Origin: Candidatus Poribacteria bacterium
GTDB lineage: Bacteria > Poribacteria > WGA-4E > WGA-3G
Reading direction: 5' to 3'
Length of the DNA: 64,000 nucleotides
NCBI GenBank assembly: GCA_965205025.1
Contig: CBDBFU010000031.1
Location: forward strand, 49,045-113,044
Part shown: positions 10,425-19,541 of the stretch, piece after piece
How positions within the stretch are numbered: position 1 is the stretch's first letter
Layout of the letters: each line of letters opens with the position of its first letter
Position numbers and translations under genes: made by a program
The notes under the pieces: model-generated
What the model was told of the DNA's origin: nothing
The model's database searches: none
The model's input: the letters and a program-made list of their open reading frames with translations, nothing else

Positions 10425-10726
10425 CATAATTGCAGATAAATTATAGGTGCAGTATGTGGTTTCGCACCGAAACATGTATAAAAATGAAAACATATTCAAA
10501 CCGATTGGACGGGTGGAGATGAACGCATATCGGGAAACATTCCGCAACTCCCATGCATTAAAAGACGAGATGGCTACGCATATCAAACGCTTAAATCAAA
10601 ATCAACGCGTAGATTTGGTCTTACGGATCAGGTAGAACAATTAATGCTTTTTTGGTGGATTTGAGTTGCATTTATCCAAGATCTAAGGATTTTTCAGGAA
10701 GGGAATGTTTAGGACAAAAGAACAGA

Positions 10727-11017
10727 TTAAGAGTTTTCGCTATCTTCTTTTTGGTGAACTTCCTCATATTTCGGGAAGTCTATTTGTTGAATTTCAGGTG
10801 TATCGCTGGACTTGTATTTGACAATTGCTTTGACGATTCTCCTACGCAATTCAAAAGCCATTTGCATAGTCATATTGTCATTTTCACGCCTACCGAATAC
10901 AGCTGAACTTCCTGAAAGTTGGACGATTACTATGTATCCTCCATGGGGAGGATAACGTTCAACATAGATGTGTTCTATGTGATTGGCACTAAGGAATCTT
11001 TCACCTACCAAAATCAT
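10727..11017 (-). CDS. Hypothetical protein
   Basis: 96-aa ORF with ATGA overlap with the upstream gene. Confidence 0.45.
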   Translation of the reverse strand: MILVGERFLSANHIEHIYVERYPPHGGYIVIVQLSGSSAVFGRRENDNMTMQMAFELRRRIVKAIVKYKSSDTPEIQQIDFPKYEEVHQKEDSENS

Positions 11018-11409
11018 AATTCTATACCTGTTGAGAGGACTGGTTGCTTTAACTCTTCGATTTTTTGTCTAAGTTCTTCAATCTGATGCACTTGTACTTG
11101 ATTCTTTCTGCTATGCCATGCCATAACAATTTGTGGGATGCCTACAGCTACCACAATCAAGACTATTAGTCCGTATTTGGCGTATTGTACATGCGTGATT
11201 TGATTATTCACACCCTCAAATTGTTTATCAATACCATTGATTTTAAGGTTAATATACTCTTTGATTCTCGTCTCGGCACTCTCTACTTCTTTCTTTACTT
11301 CCTCTTGAATAACCAACCGAATTTTATTGAGGTCAGTATCTATCAAATCACCGAGTGCTGGTAGCGCGATTGCACAGAATATTATTGAAAATAGCAAAAC
11401 AGTTTTCAT
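11014..11409 (-). CDS. Signal peptide / coiled-coil / single-TM small protein
   Basis: GGAG RBS; signal peptide; LNKIRLVIQEEVKKEV coiled coil; TM YGLIVLIVVAVGIPQIVMAW. Confidence 0.7.
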   Translation of the reverse strand: MKTVLLFSIIFCAIALPALGDLIDTDLNKIRLVIQEEVKKEVESAETRIKEYINLKINGIDKQFEGVNNQITHVQYAKYGLIVLIVVAVGIPQIVMAWHSRKNQVQVHQIEELRQKIEELKQPVLSTGIEL

Positions 11410-11756
11410 GATGACTCCCTTCCTTTGTACTTAGTAATTCATATCTGTTATCGGATGTCAAGAAAAAAGTAATTCCCGACCCTTCTACCTATTTCTCACA
11501 CCCATTCCCATGAATCATCCCAAAATAGTAACGTTTGTAAAAGCTATACTTGGTGAAGGTGTTATTGGATGTGGGCACATTATCGTCGTTGTGGCATTAC
11601 TTTACGCTTTTGTACACCAGATGTTCAAGCTTCATACAGGTGGGATAGAGAAGGGGTCGTTGTGAGTGGAGAGGATAGAAATGGGAACTGGGGAAACCCA
11701 CCACGTCCAAATGATGATTAAAAGTAGGAATTATTCTTGATACAAAGGAAAACTGT

Positions 11757-12551
11757 TTATATCGGATTACAAAATCCTAACTCACATAGTCGTTCAATCC
11801 AATACTCTCGCTTTTTACTACCTGTAAGATTTGCAATCCAATCAGGATGGTATATCGGTATATTCAACAGATTAAATTGTTTTGGAGTATTGGCACTACT
11901 CTTGGCTCTATTCCGTGTAGCTTCTTCCTCTTCTGAGGTCTTAGGATTGCTGTAATACACTATAGTGCACATCCTACGATCTTCCTTACCTCCCCAACTT
12001 GCATGCCAACACCTTAAATCAAAAGCTACCACATCCCCTGGATTAGATATACATATATAACTTGGTACATCACAGATGTCTAAGCCTAACTGATTTATGC
12101 TATCTTGTAAATTATTATGAAATGGAAGCTTATGTGATCCAGGAATTAACCGTAACGCTCCTGTTTCAGAATTCACTGGTTCAAGGTAATACGCGAACTT
12201 TACACCATAACAGTCTTTCTTTGGATCTGCATTATGGTCTGGATGCCATCCTGTATTACCAACATATCGGTTAGCATCAGATACAATACAATAGACATCA
12301 TCTCCGTATAGCTGCTCAGCTACATCACAAAATCGCGGATCTTCTGGTAAATTCGAAAAGAATGGTGTTTCAGAACTCAACATTGGTAACCAATGCCGAC
12401 GACTTCCATCAAATGGATCGTGATTATATGCTGAATCCATTGCCTTTTCGAATTCATCTTTAATAATATTCAATTCATCTTCACTGAATAGATTACGAAA
12501 GACAAGAAATCCGAATGTATGAAATTGTCTGATCTGCTCATGTGATAGCAT
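11757..12551 (-). CDS. Phytanoyl-CoA dioxygenase (PhyH) family Fe(II)/2OG dioxygenase
   Basis: QFHTFGFLVFRNL, WHPD (HxD), GALRLIPGSH, PGDVVAFD..WHA motifs. Confidence 0.9.
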   Translation of the reverse strand: MLSHEQIRQFHTFGFLVFRNLFSEDELNIIKDEFEKAMDSAYNHDPFDGSRRHWLPMLSSETPFFSNLPEDPRFCDVAEQLYGDDVYCIVSDANRYVGNTGWHPDHNADPKKDCYGVKFAYYLEPVNSETGALRLIPGSHKLPFHNNLQDSINQLGLDICDVPSYICISNPGDVVAFDLRCWHASWGGKEDRRMCTIVYYSNPKTSEEEEATRNRAKSSANTPKQFNLLNIPIYHPDWIANLTGSKKREYWIERLCELGFCNPI

Positions 12552-12571
12552 AATGTTACCCAGTTATATTA

Positions 12572-13588
12572 TTACCTTAACTTCATTCGCAATTTTGGAC
12601 TGTCAACAACTTCTCTGTTTACTATCCACTGTGGCAATTTACCAGAAGCCACACTGATGATACTCTGGCAAGCACTTTTTCCATTCCCCTCAAAACACTC
12701 ATCAGTCCAACAGATACTGTGTGGTGTAACAATTACGTTATCTAAACTTAATAGTGGATCATCATCCTCAATTGGCTCAAATTCGAACACATCAAGACCT
12801 GCACCTTGAATACGGTTGTTTACGAGCACATCTGTAAGTGCTTTTTGGTCCACAATAGGTCCACGGGCAGTGTTTATCAAATATGCCGTCGGTTTCATCA
12901 TGCTTAAGTATTTCGCATTGATTAATCCTTGAGTATCCTCTGTTAGTGGACAACAGACACAGACAAAATCTGCAGTGGACATCAATGTTTCCAAGCCAAC
13001 CAATTCTGCATTTACCTCTTCTGCATCATTTGGATTAACAAACGGATCGTATGTTATATGATTCATACCAAATGGTTTGGCAAGTTTGAATGTCTCTTTC
13101 CCAATATTCCCCATACCAACAAGACCAAGAGTTCTTCCCACTAAACCCATACCCATATAATCTTGTTTTTCTTCCCATCGACCAGAACGAGTTAGTCGAT
13201 CTTTAATCAATAATTGATGGCTTAAAGAAAGTACGAATGTTATGATAGAAGTCGCAACGGGTCTACGCACACCATCAGGAGCAATTGTAAGGAGAACACC
13301 ATTTTCAGTACAAGCATCTACATCAACTTTGTCATAACCTACGCCAAATCTTGCAATAATACTTAACTTATTTGCTCCAACAAATGTATGAGAGGTTATA
13401 GCCGTACCTAAAACAAGAAGGGCATCATAATCTTCAATCTGTTTCCCTTTTAAATCAGGTGTATTTTCATCGATATATTCCCAATCCAATCCCGCATTCT
13501 CAAATAGTGGTCTTGCAATGTCATCTAAATCAGAACTTCCATCTGGTTTCATGAAGTCACGAGTAATACCAACTTTAAAATCCTTCAT
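12572..13588 (-). CDS. D-isomer-specific 2-hydroxyacid dehydrogenase (SerA-like)
   Basis: RFGVGYD, GLVGMGNIG, INTARG, GLDVFEFEP, TPH motifs. Confidence 0.9.
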   Translation of the reverse strand: MKDFKVGITRDFMKPDGSSDLDDIARPLFENAGLDWEYIDENTPDLKGKQIEDYDALLVLGTAITSHTFVGANKLSIIARFGVGYDKVDVDACTENGVLLTIAPDGVRRPVATSIITFVLSLSHQLLIKDRLTRSGRWEEKQDYMGMGLVGRTLGLVGMGNIGKETFKLAKPFGMNHITYDPFVNPNDAEEVNAELVGLETLMSTADFVCVCCPLTEDTQGLINAKYLSMMKPTAYLINTARGPIVDQKALTDVLVNNRIQGAGLDVFEFEPIEDDDPLLSLDNVIVTPHSICWTDECFEGNGKSACQSIISVASGKLPQWIVNREVVDSPKLRMKLR

Positions 13589-13630
13589 TTCTATTAACTA
13601 CACCTTGTAATCCTATATCATAGTTCTTAC

Positions 13631-15349
13631 TTATTCAGACACAAATGATACCTTTCTGAGATATTTCCACCCCGATGGTGAAAGTTTTACATTTCTTACC
13701 TTATGATCAATAACTAATAACCGTTGGGCATGAACTAACGGTACCCATGGCACATCTCTATGGAAAATATTTTGAGCTTTTTTATACAACTCAATACGTT
13801 CACTTCTACTTGTACTTTTTCTTGCTTGATCTATTACATTCTGCATCTCTTCACTTCTATAAAAGGCTATATTTAATGCAGGTTTTTCAGCTGTATACTT
13901 ACTTAGAAGATAGTAGAAGAAATTATCTGGATCTGCACTGGCAATCCAACCAAACATTGCCAAATCATGATCTCCGTTTTTGATTTTATCGAGATAGGTT
14001 TGCCAGTCATGATTAATTATTGTTGTTTTAATACCTATATTACGTAAATCATATTGAATTTCTTCAGCAAAAGTCATTCCATCGGGAATATATGGACGAG
14101 GAACAGGAAGTGCCCAAAGAGTTGCTTCAAATCCATCTGGAAAGCCAGCTTCAGCAAGAAGTTGTTTAGCAAGATCTGGATCGTATGGGTAATCCATAAT
14201 AGAATCATCATAGCTCCATAATGATGGTGGAATTGGGTTCTTCGCTGGTATACCTGTACCTCCGTATAGACGTCTAATAATATCAGTCTTATCAATTGCA
14301 TGATTGATTGCAAGACGAACTTTTAAGTTATTAAAAGGGGGTTTTTCCATATTCATTGCCAAATAACCTATATTCAGACTTGGTTTCATAATGAGATGAA
14401 GATTGGGATCTTCAAGTATAACCATTAGATCGGAAGGATTGGGAAATTCCATTACATGAATATTTTCCTGTTTTAATTCTAAGAGTCGTTTTGAATTGTC
14501 AGGAATTGAACGGAATACCAATCTATCAATTTCAGGTTTCCCTGTCCAATGATTTATATTGGAAGTGAGTATTATCCTATCACCTCTATTCCATTTAACT
14601 AATTTATATGGACCTGTTCCTACTGGATTATTTGAAAATTCATTACCAAATTTGTTTACTGCAGCCATACTGACAATTGAATTCTCTGTACCTGCTAAAA
14701 AACTAAGAAAAGGTGCATATGGAGATTTCAATTGAATCTGAACAGTATACTCATCTAATGCGACTATTTGGCTTATAAATTCATCAAAAAAACTACTTGT
14801 CTGAACATTTGAACGCAAAAGAGAAAAAACCACAACATCAGCGTTGAGTAAAGTACCATCATGGAAGTAAACATCCTGTCTTAAGTTAAATGTCCATGTT
14901 AATCCATCTAAGGAGTTATTCCAAAATATTGCCAAAGCTGGTTCTAAATCTGTTGTATTTCCCCTATACTGTACAAGTGTATCGAATATCATATCACAAA
15001 CTTTAGCAGATTCCCCATCAAGAACTTGCGATGGATCAAGAGTGACAGAATCTCCACCACGACCAAAAACTAAGATCTTCTCTTGTCTGGAGTCATCACT
15101 ACTGAACATTGATACTACATATACAAGATCCAATATATTAACAATTCCATCATCATTAACATCTGGATTGGCTTCCGTAATTTTGTCAAGACTATAACCT
15201 AAGTACTTTGCTATCAAAGTCATATCGAGAATGTTCACGACCCCATCTTTATTTACATCAGCATCTGCATTCACTCCTTGTACGTACACAGTTATAGTCA
15301 GTAGAATAGAAATAATGACTGAAATTAATTTAATATTTTGCCTTATCAT
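13631..15349 (-). CDS. DppA-like peptide ABC substrate-binding protein with N-terminal dockerin domain
   Basis: Signal peptide; two dockerin repeats DVNKDGVVNILD and DVNDDGIVNILD; SBP family 5 motifs (FHDGT, PVGTGPY, VRLAINHAID, PRPY). Start moved to 15349, just after the upstream stop. Confidence 0.85.
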   Translation of the reverse strand: MIRQNIKLISVIISILLTITVYVQGVNADADVNKDGVVNILDMTLIAKYLGYSLDKITEANPDVNDDGIVNILDLVYVVSMFSSDDSRQEKILVFGRGGDSVTLDPSQVLDGESAKVCDMIFDTLVQYRGNTTDLEPALAIFWNNSLDGLTWTFNLRQDVYFHDGTLLNADVVVFSLLRSNVQTSSFFDEFISQIVALDEYTVQIQLKSPYAPFLSFLAGTENSIVSMAAVNKFGNEFSNNPVGTGPYKLVKWNRGDRIILTSNINHWTGKPEIDRLVFRSIPDNSKRLLELKQENIHVMEFPNPSDLMVILEDPNLHLIMKPSLNIGYLAMNMEKPPFNNLKVRLAINHAIDKTDIIRRLYGGTGIPAKNPIPPSLWSYDDSIMDYPYDPDLAKQLLAEAGFPDGFEATLWALPVPRPYIPDGMTFAEEIQYDLRNIGIKTTIINHDWQTYLDKIKNGDHDLAMFGWIASADPDNFFYYLLSKYTAEKPALNIAFYRSEEMQNVIDQARKSTSRSERIELYKKAQNIFHRDVPWVPLVHAQRLLVIDHKVRNVKLSPSGWKYLRKVSFVSE

Positions 15350-15351
15350 TT

Positions 15352-17001
15352 TCACTTTCCTAAAGTTACATTTCTGAAGTATTTCCAATTCAATGGATGA
15401 AGTGTAAGATTCTTGACTTTCTTATTAATAACTAACACCTGTTGAGCATGTGCTAATGGAACCCAAGGAATATCCTGATGAAAGACATTTTGAGCTTTCT
15501 TATATAGTGCTATACGTTCATCCCTATCTGATATGCTCCGAGCTTTTTCTAATATCTGTTGCATTTCATCACTCTTATAGAATGCAATGTTCCCTGCAGG
15601 TTTCTCTGCTGAAGATTTACTTAATAAGAAATAGAGAAAATTATCAGGATCACCAAAGTCTGCACTCCATCCTAACATTGCCATATCATGTTCCCCATAT
15701 TTCGTTTTCTCAAGATATGTACCCCAGTCATAAGTGACAATATTAGTCTTAATTCCAATTTCCCGAAGTTCTGATTGGATAACTTCAGCAAGTGCTCTTC
15801 CATCAGGAATGTAGGGACGAGGGACAGGTAGTGCCCACAGTGTTGTTTCAAAACCCTTTGGGTATCCAGCCTGAGTCAAAAGTTCTTTGGCAAGTTTAGG
15901 ATCATATTCGTAATCTTCGATTGAATCGTCATAACTCCATAATGTCGGAGGAATTGGATTCTTGGCAGGAATCCCTAAACCTTGATAAAGATGTTCAATA
16001 ATAACACCTTTATTAATTGCATGATTGATTGCCAAACGCACTTTAAGATTATCGAATGGAGGTTTTTCCATATTCAATGCTAAATATCCAACACTCATAC
16101 CTGGTTGTGATAGTAAATCAAGGGATTCATCATCTCTTATCTGTTGTAGGTCATCAGGATTTGGGAATTCCATAGCATGTAAATTGCCCTGCTGGAGTTC
16201 AATAAGCCTTACTGAGTTATCTGGAATAGATAAGAAAATCACTCTATCTACATTTGGTCTACCTCCCCAATAATTCTCATTTGCCTTTAGAACTATTTTG
16301 TCTCCTCTATCCCATTGTTGGAAGATAAATGGTCCTGTGCCGACCGGATGATTTGAATAGTTATCACCTTTCTCTTTTACTGCAGTAGGGCTGACAATTG
16401 AAAATGATGTAATAGCAATAGCATAAAGAAAAGGGGCATAGGGTGAATTCAATGTAATTTTAACAGTATAATCATCTAATGCAGTAATTTCATCAACTAT
16501 TTCAGCTAATCCTGTTGCTACCCAATAAGTATAAGATCCCTCAACGTTATGATAAGGATGATTTTCTTCGTGTTGTCTATTGAGACTAAAAAGTACTGCC
16601 TCAGAATTAAATGGTGTACCATCGTGGAATGTAACTCCTTTTCTTAATGAAAATGTCCACGACAGTCCATCCTCTGAACTCTCCCATTTTGTTGCCAATC
16701 CTGGTTCAATTTCAGTACTACCATCTTTGTAATGTATTAATGTATCGTAAATATTATCACATACTTTGAAGGATTCACCGTCTTCCTCAAGGGCAGGATC
16801 TAAACCAACCGAGTCACCTCCTCTTCCAAAAAGAAAAGTACCACCTGACTGATGTGAATCAGCAATAGCAAAATTTGTAATGAAAGGAAAAGTTAATAAA
16901 TAAAATAAAATTAAGGAAAATTGCATGCTATATTTAGTAAACTTAAACAAGTTTATAGTTTTCGTAATCTTTTCTGCTGTATCAATGATTCTAATATACA
17001 T
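15352..17001 (-). CDS. dppA: DppA-like dipeptide ABC substrate-binding protein
   Basis: SBP family 5 motifs: LATKWESSEDG, FHDGTPF, PVGTGPF, ALPVPRPY; start codon uncertain. Confidence 0.85.
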   Translation of the reverse strand: MYIRIIDTAEKITKTINLFKFTKYSMQFSLILFYLLTFPFITNFAIADSHQSGGTFLFGRGGDSVGLDPALEEDGESFKVCDNIYDTLIHYKDGSTEIEPGLATKWESSEDGLSWTFSLRKGVTFHDGTPFNSEAVLFSLNRQHEENHPYHNVEGSYTYWVATGLAEIVDEITALDDYTVKITLNSPYAPFLYAIAITSFSIVSPTAVKEKGDNYSNHPVGTGPFIFQQWDRGDKIVLKANENYWGGRPNVDRVIFLSIPDNSVRLIELQQGNLHAMEFPNPDDLQQIRDDESLDLLSQPGMSVGYLALNMEKPPFDNLKVRLAINHAINKGVIIEHLYQGLGIPAKNPIPPTLWSYDDSIEDYEYDPKLAKELLTQAGYPKGFETTLWALPVPRPYIPDGRALAEVIQSELREIGIKTNIVTYDWGTYLEKTKYGEHDMAMLGWSADFGDPDNFLYFLLSKSSAEKPAGNIAFYKSDEMQQILEKARSISDRDERIALYKKAQNVFHQDIPWVPLAHAQQVLVINKKVKNLTLHPLNWKYFRNVTLGK

Positions 17002-17271
17002 ATTGCTCCTAAATATCTCAATAAAAATGAATAGTAATATTATATTTTAAAATTAGGTATGTCAAGTCAATTCTATAGATAATATATAATTAATTGTCCA
17101 GTTTTTTCGATTGATTTAATAGGTTTTATTCAATTCACATATAATTTTCTATATGAACGAACTCCAATTCCCACCCAATATACGGAGAATACTCCTGCAG
17201 AAGAACTTACACATCTAATTTAGTCATATTTGACTATGGATTATTTTAATCAATTAGTTCCATTTCAAGTA

Positions 17272-17399
17272 ATACCATTTCTGGTAATTAAAGTCCCATT
17301 ACAAAAATCTCTTTAATGTAGCACAAACTTCCAGTTTGTGTAGTATTTCAAGACATATATATCACCTAATTATGGGAGAATCATTTATAGAAATGGTAT
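17272..17399. mobile_element. 128-bp MITE-like element with internal GTAG-REP hairpin
   Basis: Perfect 11-bp TIR ATACCATTTCT/AGAAATGGTAT; internal GTAG-CACAAACT-TCC-AGTTTGTG at 17318-17340. Confidence 0.55.
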
Positions 17400-17592
17400 A
17401 AGTAGAAATTCTATATGTTCATTTGATGTATCTATTAGAATTGGCAAGTATTAGATTTGGACGTATCAGTTTAATAATTAACTTCGTTAATTTAATGCTG
17501 AGTTATATACAAGTTCAAGTTTCTAATCCAAAGTTTTAGTTTTATTTAACTTTGTCAATTTACAATTCAATAGAAAAATTACTATTTAAATT

Positions 17593-19497
17593 ATGTCATC
17601 TTTTGAACATCTTTCGGGAATAATCACAGATTCATCACAACCTATTGCCTCACGCCGAGCAGCAGTTATTGAACTTGCTGAAATGAGTAGTAGAATTGAT
17701 GCCTTACCAATTCTATCACAAGCATTGTCAGATAATGCTGCAGGTGTCAGACGTGAAGCAGCAACAGCTTTGTTAAGGTTTAATAACGATGAAGTCACTG
17801 AAATACTTATAGATGTTCTTAGGATTGAAGAAAATGACCTAACACTTTGGACTATTATCGAGGTATTGGGAATAAAAGGCACAGAAACTGCTTTACCACA
17901 TTTAAAAGATCAATTAAACTCCTCAGTTTCTCCACTAACACGAAGAGAGTTAGAAAAGAGTATCCAATTAATAGAAAATAGAATACCTACATATAAGACA
18001 CCAGATGAGCAAAATATAAAATATGACGACGATGAAGAAAGTGAAAAAAATGATTTTCTACAGCAGTCTAATAGTAAGGATGTAATTGAAGTATACGAAT
18101 CTGATGATGAAGATGAGGATGTTGTTGAGTTAATTTCAGAACAACTCGATCCACCACAAAAAAATATTCAGACAAACAATATTGATTCTGATAAAAAACA
18201 AATTGATGAAGAAGACACTTTATTCAATAATAATCAAGATAAAATTATTGATATTTCCATTAAAAATGATATACAGATAGAAGAACCACACTCCGAAGAA
18301 TCAACTCAATCCGCAAAAACTGAGGATAGTGACGATACCTCCGACATTTTCATTGAATCTGAGCAGAATACCGTAAATAAAGAAAAAAAATATAATAGGA
18401 ATACTTACACACCGGCTCTTCCAGTCTTAGTACCAAATACTTCTGTAGTAATATATGAACAGCAAGAGCATCTATATCAACCAAGTATATTTGATTTAGT
18501 TCTACGTCCAAATGAATATCTATCTAAACGATGGGTGTCACGCACACGACTCTATATAGTTGTATTCTGTCTATTATTTGCATCAACAATCGCTTTAATC
18601 TATTCTCAGGTCCAACGACTACCTCATACCCCCTATTCATCACGAACAAAATTAGCATTTGTTGCTGATCCAAACCCATATTTTGAAGATGGTGGACTAT
18701 TTCTTCAACAAGAGGATTATCGTAGAGCAATTGATACTTATGAATTGATTCGATATTCTGATAATTTAGACCAAAAGGTTTATCCAATACTATATAGAAA
18801 TTTAGGTTACGCATATTTCCAAGAAAAACGTTACGGTGCAGCAGTTGAAGCATACAAAGATTATCTAAAGACAAGTAATACACAAACTCAAACTCCATTT
18901 ACCACAGAATATGCTTATGCATCAACCAATAATTCCTCTATTCAAAATGGTACATCAAATTACATGACATATATTTTTCTTGGTAAAGCATATAAAAACA
19001 TAGGGTTTATAGATGAAGCGCGGGTAACATTTGAAAAAGCAATTGCAATCGCACCTAATGAAGCAGAAGCGTATAGTAATTTAGCTCTTTTGTATTCAAA
19101 TGAATATCAACAAAAATATCTACTTGCTGAGGCTTTAGGATATGCAGCAATTAATCTCAATCCAAATATTGCTGCATATCAAGATTCTTTAGGGAGTATA
19201 CTTATTGAAAATGGACGAGTAAACAAAGCGATAGATTTATTAGAATATGCAGTAAGATTGCATAGTGACTATTATCCTGCCCATTACCATTTGTCTATGA
19301 TTGCAATGGAATCGAATGAACCTGACCAAACTCTAAATATTGTTATAAGGAATCTTCTAAGAAAATCAAGACCATTAAACCAAACACGTACTGCAATGTT
19401 AGGTTTATTAAGCTACATCTATGAGAATAAAGCAATAGAAATAAAAAGGCTTATTCCATCACTTTATAGTTTACGAGGAATTAATAAGTCAGAATGA
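17593..19497 (+). CDS. HEAT-repeat / acidic linker / TM / TPR-repeat protein
   Basis: HEAT motifs (LSQALSDNAAGVRREAATAL); D/E-rich linker; TM LYIVVFCLLFASTIALIY; TPRs (LYRNLGYAYFQ, AIAIAPNEAEAYSNLA). Confidence 0.8.
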   Translation: MSSFEHLSGIITDSSQPIASRRAAVIELAEMSSRIDALPILSQALSDNAAGVRREAATALLRFNNDEVTEILIDVLRIEENDLTLWTIIEVLGIKGTETALPHLKDQLNSSVSPLTRRELEKSIQLIENRIPTYKTPDEQNIKYDDDEESEKNDFLQQSNSKDVIEVYESDDEDEDVVELISEQLDPPQKNIQTNNIDSDKKQIDEEDTLFNNNQDKIIDISIKNDIQIEEPHSEESTQSAKTEDSDDTSDIFIESEQNTVNKEKKYNRNTYTPALPVLVPNTSVVIYEQQEHLYQPSIFDLVLRPNEYLSKRWVSRTRLYIVVFCLLFASTIALIYSQVQRLPHTPYSSRTKLAFVADPNPYFEDGGLFLQQEDYRRAIDTYELIRYSDNLDQKVYPILYRNLGYAYFQEKRYGAAVEAYKDYLKTSNTQTQTPFTTEYAYASTNNSSIQNGTSNYMTYIFLGKAYKNIGFIDEARVTFEKAIAIAPNEAEAYSNLALLYSNEYQQKYLLAEALGYAAINLNPNIAAYQDSLGSILIENGRVNKAIDLLEYAVRLHSDYYPAHYHLSMIAMESNEPDQTLNIVIRNLLRKSRPLNQTRTAMLGLLSYIYENKAIEIKRLIPSLYSLRGINKSE

Positions 19498-19541
19498 AAC
19501 CTATATTATCAAACTAAACCTAAAATATCTATTGAAGAATA

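Noticed and set aside
10447-10635. 62-aa ORF as toxin or transposase fragment
   Set aside because: GTG start without clear RBS and no recognisable motif
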